Source of the DNA: an uncultured Candidatus Poseidoniales archaeon
GTDB taxonomy: Archaea > Thermoplasmatota > Poseidoniia > Poseidoniales > Thalassarchaeaceae
Length of the DNA stretch: 64,000 nt
Direction of reading: 5' to 3'
Assembly (NCBI GenBank): GCA_964647665.1
Contig: CAZYIX010000002.1
Location: 120,722-184,721 of the forward strand
The translations under genes were made by a program, and so were the position numbers. The notes under the pieces are model-generated. The model was not told the DNA's origin, made no database searches, and saw only the letters and a program-made list of their open reading frames with translations. Below, piece by piece: positions 1 to 10,346 of this stretch (its first letter is position 1; the number at the start of each line of letters is the position of its first letter).

Positions 1-2146
1 CTCCATCATACATTCTCCCCTTTGCCATTTCCAGCCAATGTGACGGAAGAATATCAGTTCCAAAATTCTTGATCGCCCGTGCGGCGGTAAATATGTCAAT
101 CTCATTCCAAGCAGTCTCAACAGTTGCTAGTACAGCAGAGAACTCGGCAATAATCCATTTATCAGCTACCTCAAGATTTTCGGGGGATTTGTCAAGGTTG
201 GCTGGAACTTCAAATTGGCTTGCAAATCGAGCTATGTTGAACAATTTGGTCAACACACCGAAATATTTCGATTCAATCTCCTCAGGATTGATATGGAAAT
301 CATCCCCCACCTGTGCATCGCAGGCCTTCCAAAGGCGGAAGCATTCAGAGCCAATCTTGTTGGCGCGCAGATGAACTGTCTTCTTTGGTCCTCTCACCTT
401 CCAAGAACCGGTGCGTCCACCTGCTCCGCACTCAAGAACACTGTCGGCATCGATACCATTGCCCAATGACTTGCTCATCTTGCGGCCCCATGGGTCCATC
501 CCCAGCCCGTCAATCCACACATTGGTGAAGCCGGGCTTATCTAGTAACAGAGCGGATTTCAGCAGGGTGTAGTACAACCATGTTCGCACGATTTCCTTGC
601 CTTGCGGGCGGATTCCAGTAGGAAATGCCCGCTCGAATGTTGACTCGTCATAGAGATATCCGGACACAAAGAGATTGGAATTGCTGCTGTCCATCCAGGT
701 GTCGAATACCTTCTCCTCACCAATGATATCGCCGAGTGAATTCTGTAAATCATCCCATGAGCCGAGGTCCTCTCTGCTCTCGCGGTCTATAACTCGGGAG
801 CCAACTGGAGGATTCTCACGCCATGGCTGGACGTAGGTTCCTGCTGGTGGAATGATGACCGATTTCTTGTCCTCTGAGTACCAAATCGGAATTTCTGTGT
901 GATACCAGCGTCTGCGGCTGATGGGCCAATCAATACTGATATTCTCCATCCAGTCCAGTAGGAATTGCTTATTGCGAGCCGGGATGAAATTGATTTCATC
1001 AGACAATTCCCGAATTCGGTCTTGAATGTGAGTCTGACGGACATACCATTCCTTCAGTAGGATAATTTCGACTGGGTTTTTTCCGCGCTCACTGACAGGA
1101 ACTTCCTGCTGGCGTTCCTCCATTGAGACAATTCTGCCTTCTGACTCCAATAGATCGATGATGGATTCTCGGGCCTGTTTGACCGGCATACCAGCCAATG
1201 GTCCTGCAACATCAGTCATGCATCCATCGAGGTCTATTGCCTGAAATGGTTTGAGTCCCATCTCGCGGAATACCGACACATCGTTAGCGTCACCAAAAGA
1301 ACATATCATCAGCACTCCCGAACCAAATTCAGACTTGACAGAGGGGTGAGTGCGAATCTCGACGGTTGTTTCGCGCGAAGCAACCGGAACCGGTAGTGAG
1401 ATTTTTTTGCCAACTAGATGAGTGTATCTTGAATCGTCCGGATGGACCACGACCACACCGCAGGCGCAAATCAATTCTGGACGGGTAGTCGAGATAATCA
1501 CCTCATCACCAGTATCAGTAGTCCACTGTACATCGACGAGCCTCGTCATTCTGTGTTGCCTCTCAACCTCGGCATCAGCGATAGTGGTGCCTTCGACGGG
1601 GTCGTATATGTTCGGCCGCAGGTCTTCAACGATTTCTCCACTCTTGAACAAATTAACAAATATCGCCTGTGTGACGGCGCGGTAATCTGGCGCATCGGTC
1701 TGATACTCCTTGGCAAAGTCGCAAGACAGGCCTACTCTACTAGCGGTAACGCGCATCGCCTGAGTGTATTCCTCAATGGTTTCTTTACAGATATCGAGGA
1801 ACTCAGCACGGTCATATGTTTTCATCTTGCGGCCGGTGTTCTTTTCGACAGTAAACTCGATGTTTATCCCATTGCGGTCAACACCCCACGGGAAGTAAAC
1901 CTCCTTTCCAATCAAGCGCTGGCTACGGGCTATGACATCTATCATTGAGTACTGAGCGACTGCCCCAATATGCCAAGTTCCAGATGGATAAGGCGGGGGT
2001 GTGTCTATGACAAAGAGTTCCTTGTCAGAATCCCGATTGAATCCGTAGCGAACGTTGTATGAATCCAAGTCGGAATAGTGAGCCTGTTGAATTCTCTTTT
2101 CGAGGTCGATTGACCATCGTTTGTCCTCGATACGCGGCTTGGACAT
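1..2146 (-). CDS. valS: Valine--tRNA ligase (3' end runs off the window)
   Basis: Manual reverse-strand translation from ATG 2146 gives MSKPRIEDKRW...LFVIDTPPPYPSGTWHIGA (HIGH-like motif) and DPWGRKMSKSLGNG (KMSKS, ~466-483). Probably absent from the ORF track because its stop lies outside the window. Confidence 0.95.
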   Translation of the reverse strand, partial: MSKPRIEDKRWSIDLEKRIQQAHYSDLDSYNVRYGFNRDSDKELFVIDTPPPYPSGTWHIGAVAQYSMIDVIARSQRLIGKEVYFPWGVDRNGINIEFTVEKNTGRKMKTYDRAEFLDICKETIEEYTQAMRVTASRVGLSCDFAKEYQTDAPDYRAVTQAIFVNLFKSGEIVEDLRPNIYDPVEGTTIADAEVERQHRMTRLVDVQWTTDTGDEVIISTTRPELICACGVVVVHPDDSRYTHLVGKKISLPVPVASRETTVEIRTHPSVKSEFGSGVLMICSFGDANDVSVFREMGLKPFQAIDLDGCMTDVAGPLAGMPVKQARESIIDLLESEGRIVSMEERQQEVPVSERGKNPVEIILLKEWYVRQTHIQDRIRELSDEINFIPARNKQFLLDWMENISIDWPISRRRWYHTEIPIWYSEDKKSVIIPPAGTYVQPWRENPPVGSRVIDRESREDLGSWDDLQNSLGDIIGEEKVFDTWMDSSNSNLFVSGYLYDESTFERAFPTGIRPQGKEIVRTWLYYTLLKSALLLDKPGFTNVWIDGLGMDPWGRKMSKSLGNGIDADSVLECGAGGRTGSWKVRGPKKTVHLRANKIGSECFRLWKACDAQVGDDFHINPEEIESKYFGVLTKLFNIARFASQFEVPANLDKSPENLEVADKWIIAEFSAVLATVETAWNEIDIFTAARAIKNFGTDILPSHWLEMAKGRMYDG

Positions 2147-2232
2147 CCAGAATCACACCAAGGCCCCTTCACACGTCAACAGCGAGGGTCCTCATGCTCT
2201 CGCCCTTCTTTCCCCTTGATGAGTGCTTCGCC

Positions 2233-2247
2233 TCGGCCGTAGGCCGA
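2233..2247. promoter_or_regulatory. Small hairpin TCGGCC-GTA-GGCCGA in the valS/RND divergent spacer
   Basis: Perfect 6-bp stem with a GTA triloop; the same 14-mer recurs at 55899-55912. Confidence 0.35.
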
Positions 2248-2266
2248 TGAACGATGAATCGCCATA

Positions 2267-5245
2267 ATGCCTAATCGTCAAGATGAGGGATTAAAGGCGG
2301 GAAGTAGGGCAGACATGGATGGAGGAGTGCGTTTGTCTGAACAGGAACAGGATTCTGTGGAATCTAGTGAGGATGACGCCCCGATTGGCTTTCGCAGTGC
2401 AGTCCAGAGCAGAATAGCGGAATTTGAGAGTGGAAAGGCGGTAGATGCAATTCTCAACGCTAGGACTCTAATCCGCAGGGAATTGTCTGAAATGACCTTT
2501 TTCAGTGTCTTGACAAGATTTCCGGCCATCACCATCATACTTTGCTTGCTAGTGACTGCGTTTTTCGCATTGGAAAGTGGAATTACTGACCAATGGACTA
2601 ACGAGCGTTCGATGAATGTCAATGGTGATTTGCAAGCATTTCTACCCAAGGGTTCGCAGGTTTCTGCGGACATAGTCATGGTAGAGCAGGATTGGACGAC
2701 AAATGTGATGATTATCTACGTCGAGTCAAACGATTACAACATCACCGATACTAGGATTCTCAACCAAATGAGTGCGATAGAGCAAACACTCAATTGGCGT
2801 AATTCAGACAATGGCGATAAAGACAACATCATCTATATTCTCAGCATTTCTACCGTGGTTAAAGAAATCAATTCCAGTGCACCTCGGGTAGCCAAAGCAT
2901 TCGTCAGCAATCTTGGTGAAGCAATCGATACCGAAGAATTGAGTGATGCGATTAATGAACAGATTGACGAATATGGCGAACTCGTTGGTGGTTACTCGAT
3001 TCCAGAGGAGCAGGAAAGAGTCGACCAAATCATCGGGGAATTGCCGCCGAATGCTCGCGACAAGTTGGTGCGTGATGTAGGAGAATTCAGCAACGGCACC
3101 AAGGTCAATGACCGGTCCGCTAGCGGTTGGAATCGAGCGGTGATTATCATCGGTGTAGCGGAACATGATAGGGATGGTGATGGAGAACCTGATGTCCCGA
3201 CGGCGGATCTAATCAAATATACTCAGAACGAAATCGACGAATTGGCAGAGCGAAACAATTGGGATAATCTGAGTCTCCAAATGACTCTGACTGGTCCAGT
3301 CCCAATCACGAATGCGGTTACAGAATACTCCTTCTCACTATTCTGGAAGATATTTCCAGCAGGAATTGCGGCTGTGGCAATCGGCCTGTTTGTCTTCCAC
3401 TGTGATGTTCTCCAAACTGGCCGAGTTCGTTGGATACAGGGAATCAAGGTAGTGATTATTTCGGGCTTGCCAACTCTTTGTTCAGTCTGGGTGACCCTTG
3501 GAATAATTGGTTGGCTCGATTATGAAGTCACAATGACAGTGATTATTGTCGGGCCGATTATTCTTGCTTTAGGTGTTTCATATGGGTTGCATATTACTAA
3601 TCGGTATGCCGAATCGAAGGGTTCTCCACATGAAAAAATGGCGTTAGCCATTCAATCTACAGGGCGCGCGGTTTTCCTTTCTGCAGTTACCACCATCATC
3701 GGCTTCATCTCATTGGTGATGACGCCAATGGATCCGATTGCTACTGTCGGTATTTGTCTGGCTGGTGGCATCGTGGTAGTTTACATCCTCACCATGGTGA
3801 TGGTTCCAAATCTCACCATGTTGTTAGACTTGCATAAACCGAGTCACCCACCACCCAAGTTGTTTGTGAGTATAGTTGAAAAACCGGTCAAATGGAATGC
3901 TATCGCTCTTGCTGTGTTCATCATTGCTATGCTGTTTAGCGGCTTGATATCTCAGCAGAATGTCGAGGAGAATGTCGACCTTCTGCAAATGGCACCACGA
4001 GATGAACCCGCTGTTCAGAAGATGATTACCTACTCCGATGAATTTGAAGCTGGCCAAGTTGGGATGCTGCTTATTGATGCAGATATTGATGCAGACCCTA
4101 GTTTCGCTTTACCTGATTCTGACCCATTTCAAAATCTTGACCGGATAGAATCACTCGAGGCTAGCGTGAATGAAGTCAACATGACAACAGGTGTTAGTAT
4201 TGTATTCTTGATGAAAGCCATAGGAGTGTCTGTCAACGTTTCTGGTGACCAAATTGTGGAATTATGCGACGATACGCCGATACCGGATGCTGCAAATGAA
4301 GTATGTCAGATTCTTTTCGATAGAGAGCAATACCAGAATGCAACATTCTGGGGTGTTCTAGAAACTCTTGACCTTGAGGAAGTGGGTGGGCGAAACACTC
4401 AGATTTTCCTGATTTCGGTATTCTATGATAGCTTAACCAATGAAACACGGGAATTATTCATCAGCAAGGACTACCAGAGGTCATTGATTTACATCGATAT
4501 GCCGTTCATGCCAGTGGTACAGACCAAAGAAAGTGCTGACGAAATTAACGAGGCTGCTGACGATGCTGATGATGTTGAATTCAAGTCATCCGAACTGATT
4601 GGTGTGGCGGCGGTCACAATCGACGTGAACAACCTCATTGTTGGCTCGCAATGGCAGTCTTTAGGCTTCGCTCTGCTATTCACAGTACTTACCCTTGGAG
4701 TTGTGTTCAGGGATCCCAAATACGCCATATTGACAACTGCTCCTGTAGTATTTACCGTTGGAATGCAGTGGCTGGTTATGGACGTTCAAAATGTCTCTCT
4801 ATCGCTGGTAACGGTGATGATTGGCTCAATACTCGTCGGTGTTGGTGTCGACTTCTCAATTCACATCGCAAATCGAGTTAGGGAATTAGGTGGAAGTCTA
4901 GAGGCGATTCGTGACGCGTGCGCCAGCACAGGAATGTCGCTGTTTGAGGCTGTCACAGTCACCAGTATTGGTTTAGCGACAGCATACCTGATTCCGATTC
5001 CGGCACTCAAACCATTCGTCACAGTCATCATCATCCTGCTATGGGTGGCAGCGATTAGCGCTCTGCTGCTGTTGCCAGCCATCTATGCAACCTTCGTCAA
5101 GGTTGGATGGGGTATTTCCGGTGGCTCCTCTGCTATGATACGCAAGAGTGGCTTGTCTGGCGGCAAGGTGGCGTTGGATGCACAACGAGATGCTGTTGAT
5201 TCATACGATGCAATCCTAGTTGCTGATACCGATGATGCATGGTGA
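2267..5245 (+). CDS. RND/MMPL-family (HAE3-like) transporter
   Basis: Two repeats of (1 TM + large extracytoplasmic loop + 5 TM); motifs TGPVPI, LALGVSYGLHITNRY, TGRAVFLSAVTTIIGF, GVGVDFSIHIANR. Alternative start at 2315. Confidence 0.9.
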   Translation: MPNRQDEGLKAGSRADMDGGVRLSEQEQDSVESSEDDAPIGFRSAVQSRIAEFESGKAVDAILNARTLIRRELSEMTFFSVLTRFPAITIILCLLVTAFFALESGITDQWTNERSMNVNGDLQAFLPKGSQVSADIVMVEQDWTTNVMIIYVESNDYNITDTRILNQMSAIEQTLNWRNSDNGDKDNIIYILSISTVVKEINSSAPRVAKAFVSNLGEAIDTEELSDAINEQIDEYGELVGGYSIPEEQERVDQIIGELPPNARDKLVRDVGEFSNGTKVNDRSASGWNRAVIIIGVAEHDRDGDGEPDVPTADLIKYTQNEIDELAERNNWDNLSLQMTLTGPVPITNAVTEYSFSLFWKIFPAGIAAVAIGLFVFHCDVLQTGRVRWIQGIKVVIISGLPTLCSVWVTLGIIGWLDYEVTMTVIIVGPIILALGVSYGLHITNRYAESKGSPHEKMALAIQSTGRAVFLSAVTTIIGFISLVMTPMDPIATVGICLAGGIVVVYILTMVMVPNLTMLLDLHKPSHPPPKLFVSIVEKPVKWNAIALAVFIIAMLFSGLISQQNVEENVDLLQMAPRDEPAVQKMITYSDEFEAGQVGMLLIDADIDADPSFALPDSDPFQNLDRIESLEASVNEVNMTTGVSIVFLMKAIGVSVNVSGDQIVELCDDTPIPDAANEVCQILFDREQYQNATFWGVLETLDLEEVGGRNTQIFLISVFYDSLTNETRELFISKDYQRSLIYIDMPFMPVVQTKESADEINEAADDADDVEFKSSELIGVAAVTIDVNNLIVGSQWQSLGFALLFTVLTLGVVFRDPKYAILTTAPVVFTVGMQWLVMDVQNVSLSLVTVMIGSILVGVGVDFSIHIANRVRELGGSLEAIRDACASTGMSLFEAVTVTSIGLATAYLIPIPALKPFVTVIIILLWVAAISALLLLPAIYATFVKVGWGISGGSSAMIRKSGLSGGKVALDAQRDAVDSYDAILVADTDDAW

Positions 5246-5298
5246 AACTGCGGCTTCATCATCCGTCAGTGCTTTGTGCCTCGGCTTGCCGTAGTCAC

Positions 5299-5772
5299 AT
5301 GATGGTTCGATACTGGCTGATGAAGTCTGAGCCCAACGCGTACTCTTGGGAAGATTTGGTGGCAGACGGCTCAACCCACTGGGATGGAGTGCGTAATTAT
5401 CAGGCTCGCAACATCATGCGTGATGAAATGAAAGTAGCTGACCTCGTTCTATTCTACCATTCAAACTGCAAACCACCGCACGTTGCGGGGGTAGCGCGCG
5501 TTAGCAGGGAATCATATCCAGACCACACTTGCTGGGACCCAAATTCGAAGTATTTTGATGAGAAATCCACTGAAGAAAATCCCCGTTGGATGATGATTGA
5601 CATCGAGGTGGTACAGGCATTCACCGATATTGCAGGACTACCTGACCTCAAGAACAACCCAAATCTGCAAGGGATGCCCCTATTGCAAAAAGGTCAGAGG
5701 CTGAGTGTTCAACCTGTATCAGCGGACCACTTCGCTGAAGTGTGTCGGATGGGTGGGCTTGACGAGGTGTGA
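5299..5772 (+). CDS. EVE-domain protein (THYN1-like, PUA fold)
   Basis: YWLMKSEP, WDGVRNYQARN, LFYHSNC, PRW, RLSVQPV are the EVE signature. Confidence 0.93.
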   Translation: MMVRYWLMKSEPNAYSWEDLVADGSTHWDGVRNYQARNIMRDEMKVADLVLFYHSNCKPPHVAGVARVSRESYPDHTCWDPNSKYFDEKSTEENPRWMMIDIEVVQAFTDIAGLPDLKNNPNLQGMPLLQKGQRLSVQPVSADHFAEVCRMGGLDEV

Positions 5773-5774
5773 AG

Positions 5775-7013
5775 ATGTCTGATATTCCGGTCTCGCCACG
5801 AGCGGCACGCATTGAGTATGCGATACGTGACGTCGTCGTACCCGCAATGGCTTTGGAAAAGCAAGGTCATAAGGTCATCAAACTCAACATTGGTGACCCG
5901 ATCGCCTACCCCGGACTTCCTACCCCTCAACACATGGTTGATGCATATTGTAAGGCATTGCAGGACGGAAGGAACGAGTATTCCAATTCGTATGGCCAAT
6001 CAGAATTGCGAGCAGCCATCTCGGCGGATGAGCGCAGCAAAGGATGGGATTGCGAAGAGCAGAGCGTCTACGTCACCACGGGTGTGACTGAGGCACTGCA
6101 CATCATCTTCGCAGCCACCCTTACCGAGGGTACCAAGGTCCTAGCACCCGGGCCTCATTATCCACCTTACATGGCATATCCACAATTGTTCGGAGCTACG
6201 ACAGTTGAATATCGGCTGAAGTCAGAATCAGGCTGGCAAATTGACTTCGATGATATAGAATCAAAAATGGATGACTCGGTTCGATTGTTGGTACTGATTA
6301 ATCCAAACAATCCGACCGGCAATGTTGCCACACCGAATGAGGTGAATCGTCTACTGGATATCGCCGCTAACTGGCCAAACTGCATTGTGCTTGCCGACGA
6401 AATCTACGACGGCTTAGACTTCACCGGCCAACTGAGGAGTGTTGCTGCAATGTCGCAACAACGTGCAGTTGAAATTGGAACAGGGGTGCCTGTCATCATA
6501 CTCAATGGAGTCTCAAAGGTGTACTACGCACCAGGTTGGCGTATTGGATACATGGCGTTCCATGACCCAAATGGTCGGATGGGGGCAGTGAAGGATGGGG
6601 TCGAGAGGCTACTTCGCTCTAGATTATGCCCGTCCACACCGGCTCAACTGGGCTACCTTGCCGGACTGACTGGAGATCGATCATGGATGCTCGGGCATCA
6701 AGAAGCGGTACGTTCCCGACGACAACTCTGTATTGATAGAATCAATGAAATCGAGGGAATCGAGGTTGAGGCTGGTAACGGTGCATTCTACATGTTTGTG
6801 CGGTTAACTGACCCGAAGTGGGCGGCAGACGACAAGCAATTCGTGCTTGACCTGCTGCATGAGGAGCACGTTCTAGTTGTACATGGTAGCGGATTTTCTC
6901 CTGAATTCGGTGCTGGCCATTTCCGTTTGGTACATCTAGCAGACGAAAATACATTGAGCATCGCCTTTGACCGAATTGATTCATTTCTTACTAGGCATCG
7001 CAAAGGGGCTTAG
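5775..7013 (+). CDS. PLP-dependent aminotransferase class I/II (alanine aminotransferase-like)
   Basis: IEYAIRD, LNIGDP, INPNNPTG, ADEIYD, GVSKVYYAPGWRIG (PLP Lys), VHGSGF; GAGGTG RBS upstream. Confidence 0.92.
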   Translation: MSDIPVSPRAARIEYAIRDVVVPAMALEKQGHKVIKLNIGDPIAYPGLPTPQHMVDAYCKALQDGRNEYSNSYGQSELRAAISADERSKGWDCEEQSVYVTTGVTEALHIIFAATLTEGTKVLAPGPHYPPYMAYPQLFGATTVEYRLKSESGWQIDFDDIESKMDDSVRLLVLINPNNPTGNVATPNEVNRLLDIAANWPNCIVLADEIYDGLDFTGQLRSVAAMSQQRAVEIGTGVPVIILNGVSKVYYAPGWRIGYMAFHDPNGRMGAVKDGVERLLRSRLCPSTPAQLGYLAGLTGDRSWMLGHQEAVRSRRQLCIDRINEIEGIEVEAGNGAFYMFVRLTDPKWAADDKQFVLDLLHEEHVLVVHGSGFSPEFGAGHFRLVHLADENTLSIAFDRIDSFLTRHRKGA

Positions 7014-7020
7014 GCTGGTG

Positions 7021-7082
7021 CCTCGCGTAGGTGAGCGCAGACATGCGCGAGGGTGACACACGCCACGGCTTGCCGTGGCGTG
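7021..7082. terminator. Tandem GC-rich hairpins downstream of the aminotransferase
   Basis: CCTCGCG..CGCGAGG (7021-7052), then a perfect 11-bp inverted repeat CACGCCACGGC-TT-GCCGTGGCGTG (7059-7082). No U-tract follows, so the function is uncertain. Confidence 0.4.
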
Positions 7083-7123
7083 GGGGAGAAAGCGATTAGA
7101 ACTTCGACTGTACCCAGCAACCC

Positions 7124-10100
7124 ATGAGATGGCGCGGTACCGTCTGGATTGCTTCATTCCTGACGTTTGTTCTGTCTCTGCCAGCAGTGGTGGCTGAGAA
7201 CAGCACAATAGTCCATGCTGCTACAGATTTTGACCCTCTACTATTGCTTCCGGTGCTGGTTGCTGGGTTTGGTACATTCATGTTGTGGAAATGGGTTCTT
7301 CCACTATCACTACGTGATTTGCAGGTCGCCTTCGAAGTTGATGTAGATCTCTATGAAGTTCATCGATTGACCAAATCAAAGAAGGAAAGCCAAGAATTGC
7401 TCGACCTGAGAGGTTCTTCTGTTGGTGTTCTAGCCTATCTTATGTCGATGGGCGGAGTAATGCTCATTGTATCGGAACTGATGTTCAGGCCATCTGAATA
7501 TTACGAACCCATACTGATTCTAACAGCATTCATGATTGCCATTCCAGTATTCCTCTCGCCGATCGTTACGATGTACGCTCAAATTGAGGCGATGAACAAA
7601 AAGATGGTTACTAGCAAACTATCTTCACAGATTATCGGATATTTTGGTACGGCTACCGCGATGCTTATCGCAGTTGGCACTACTATCTTCTATGGCTACG
7701 AACAAGCGATTGGTTCTGGTGATTATAATTCGACGATGATAAAATGGCTAGGATATGCGTTACTGGTTTTCATGGCCCCAACTATTTTCGCTTATGGTCG
7801 AATAATGGGGGCATCATGGAATACTCTGATTTTATCTAAATGGCGTACTGCAAGAGGCTGGAGAACTCCAATCGACCCCGATAAACCCTCATTCAGGCGA
7901 CGCTTCATCTCGCTATGTCTGTTCGTTTTCCTCGGAACAATGCCCCTGACGGCAATCAATGGGATTGTGACTCTGATTCATGTCTATTACAATCAACCAA
8001 GCCCCGATGAAACTGCGCGACTTCTAGACCTCGGTGGAATCATTGGCTTGTCGATATTTGAATTAGTTGAGGCCAATCCCTTCATCCAGACCATCATCTC
8101 GTTGAAGACATTGAGTGCGGTACTCGCCTCTTACTTGATGCTGAACGTTGCAATCGTTGGGCTAGCGTTCATCTTCGAATTGACTAGGAACATCTTCCTC
8201 GGGGGGCAGACCTTCGGGGGAGTCGGTGGTGTCATCTTAGCCCAACCTCGAGACATCAGAACTGAGCGTAAAGTTCAGGGTAGAATCCTGTTCTTCGGTT
8301 TGGCTGGGTTCTCCGGTTATGTCGTACTTCTCCTCACACTGCAGACCTACAAGGAATTTGCTTCACTAATGCCATACGGCTCAGATTCAATCGAATCAAC
8401 ACTGCTGAGTGCTACCTGGCAATTCATCACCGCCGGCCAGAGTATCTTCCTACTGACTTGGCTGCTCTCAAGTGTGCGAATGCAGCGGCTTCGTGCTCTG
8501 AAGTTCGATCTTGCGCCTGATGAGCGACGAGAAGGCGCAATCATGGCTGGTGGTGGCGATTGGATGAGAGAGCACATTGAAGCGGCCGCTAAGGACCGTG
8601 ACATCGCAGCTCTCCGGTCATTCCAAACAGAGAATATTGACGGTGATAGAGCGGTAGTACGATTGGAGAAGGGGCGAGCAAAAATGATCGAGTCCGCTCT
8701 GCGGGGCCTCTGGCCTCGAGCAATTGAAGAAGCGCGAAAAGTACTCGCTCAGCAAGGTGGAGAAGACGATGAAGCGCGAATGGTCATAGCTGCAGGGCAT
8801 ATCGCTTGTCGACGTATAGATGCTGCAAAGGAGTCGCTACGCGGTATGGAGATGTCCGAGGGATATGACGAACCTGAAATCCTCTCTTTCATGACGGAGT
8901 GGCTGGACCCGTGGACTGGACAGGTCGCCCCAGATGACCTCTATGATTGGGAGAACGTATCAGCCATAGACCACCTGCAGGATTTGCAGCGCCGTATCAA
9001 GTCGTGGGACCCGGTTTCACGTATAGGTTCGGCCCACAAGGACCGTCTATCGTTGTACGCTCAACTCTGCTCTGTTGGTATGATGCGAGGGCAGCGTCGC
9101 AGCGATGAGGCACTCGACCTTGCTCTAGACATGGTTAGACTGCATCCGAATAATACCCTCGCGCGCATTGCCTGTTCGTTATGCTTGATTGACCTCGGTG
9201 AATGGTTCGATGCCCTCGATATCTTTGAGGAAGTGAATGAGTCCTCACCGGAGGACCCCGCAGTTCGAGCGCTTGCAGGAGTTTTAGGATTCCAATGTGA
9301 GCCAGATGAACTGGAAACTGCCATGGTCGTCGGAACTAGCGATGAGAAAATTCGATGGATAGATGAGGCCCCAATAAGCCCATATCCAGCACTCTCACAT
9401 CGTAAGGGGACTAGTTCATCGGTCAACGCCAATTTACTCGCCTTTGCACATGAAGCCGTTGAACGCGGCATGCCACCTTCCTATCACCGATCTTCTACTC
9501 TATTTATCCTAAATATGGTCATTCTAATACCACTGTGGGCTGTTCTCGGATGGATAGCAAGCGTACAGACCGGTAACTGGTTCGTTGGGATAATGACTGG
9601 TATGGGACTGCTTGGTCTACACATACTCACCCGCAGGTTGCGTAGACAACAACGTCGGGTGATAAGGCACCGAGACCAGAAAGCGATGGTCGCGTATGCG
9701 AAAATGATGAAAAGATACAATGTCACAGGTGATGAAGAAAGGATGCCCATTGGCAATAATCTGCTGATGAGTGGATTGCTGGTCACAGTCAATGGTAATG
9801 TGTACGACATTGGCATGCCAGCATGGCTAGTTGTCAGACTCCGCAAAGAGAGGGAGAGGCCATTCCGCAACCGTATTCGCGGGCGCATGCGCGAGATAGA
9901 CACTGGTAAATTAGCTCGAACAAAACCTCTACCTGACCTTTGGTGGACAAAGAAACCCAAGCCGATGGGGAAGCAGATGAGGACACTAGAGAGGCTGATT
10001 GGACCAGCCGCGTATCGAGGTGTCCATCGCAGGAAACTCTCTGAGGATCGCCAACTTAGGGCCGGTGTACAGGAGGAACGACGACCGGTTATGGATACAA

Positions 10101-10297
10101 AACCCGAGGCGCGAGGTATTCCGACCCATTCAATCCGACAAGAGGGTGGAGGTCAGCGGTTGCCTAGCCAAAGGCCTGCTGCGGTAGACGAGGGTCGCAT
10201 TAAGCGAGACAATATTCGCCAAAAGAGCGCGAAATCTTCTGGCCCTAAGCGTCCCTCTGCGCGGCCTAGGGGCCGCGATGATGACAACGGGAACTGA
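7124..10297 (+). CDS. Large polytopic membrane protein with TPR-like region
   Basis: About 9-10 hydrophobic segments in the N-terminal 450 aa, TPR-like helices (EALDLALDMVRLHPNNTLARIACSLCLIDLGEWFDALDIFE..SPED), two further TMs and a basic tail. Confidence 0.8.
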   Translation: MRWRGTVWIASFLTFVLSLPAVVAENSTIVHAATDFDPLLLLPVLVAGFGTFMLWKWVLPLSLRDLQVAFEVDVDLYEVHRLTKSKKESQELLDLRGSSVGVLAYLMSMGGVMLIVSELMFRPSEYYEPILILTAFMIAIPVFLSPIVTMYAQIEAMNKKMVTSKLSSQIIGYFGTATAMLIAVGTTIFYGYEQAIGSGDYNSTMIKWLGYALLVFMAPTIFAYGRIMGASWNTLILSKWRTARGWRTPIDPDKPSFRRRFISLCLFVFLGTMPLTAINGIVTLIHVYYNQPSPDETARLLDLGGIIGLSIFELVEANPFIQTIISLKTLSAVLASYLMLNVAIVGLAFIFELTRNIFLGGQTFGGVGGVILAQPRDIRTERKVQGRILFFGLAGFSGYVVLLLTLQTYKEFASLMPYGSDSIESTLLSATWQFITAGQSIFLLTWLLSSVRMQRLRALKFDLAPDERREGAIMAGGGDWMREHIEAAAKDRDIAALRSFQTENIDGDRAVVRLEKGRAKMIESALRGLWPRAIEEARKVLAQQGGEDDEARMVIAAGHIACRRIDAAKESLRGMEMSEGYDEPEILSFMTEWLDPWTGQVAPDDLYDWENVSAIDHLQDLQRRIKSWDPVSRIGSAHKDRLSLYAQLCSVGMMRGQRRSDEALDLALDMVRLHPNNTLARIACSLCLIDLGEWFDALDIFEEVNESSPEDPAVRALAGVLGFQCEPDELETAMVVGTSDEKIRWIDEAPISPYPALSHRKGTSSSVNANLLAFAHEAVERGMPPSYHRSSTLFILNMVILIPLWAVLGWIASVQTGNWFVGIMTGMGLLGLHILTRRLRRQQRRVIRHRDQKAMVAYAKMMKRYNVTGDEERMPIGNNLLMSGLLVTVNGNVYDIGMPAWLVVRLRKERERPFRNRIRGRMREIDTGKLARTKPLPDLWWTKKPKPMGKQMRTLERLIGPAAYRGVHRRKLSEDRQLRAGVQEERRPVMDTKPEARGIPTHSIRQEGGGQRLPSQRPAAVDEGRIKRDNIRQKSAKSSGPKRPSARPRGRDDDNGN

Positions 10298-10346
10298 CCA
10301 TCAGCAAGGGGAAACAACCATCCTCCTGTGCCTCACGTTAATTCTC

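Noticed and set aside
1960..1980. HIGA instead of HIGH in ValRS
   Set aside because: HIGH variants are common in class I synthetases, and the other motifs I checked are intact.
69..2250. Short ORFs listed in the first 2.2 kb
   Set aside because: They are shadows of valS, which occupies 1-2146 on the minus strand.
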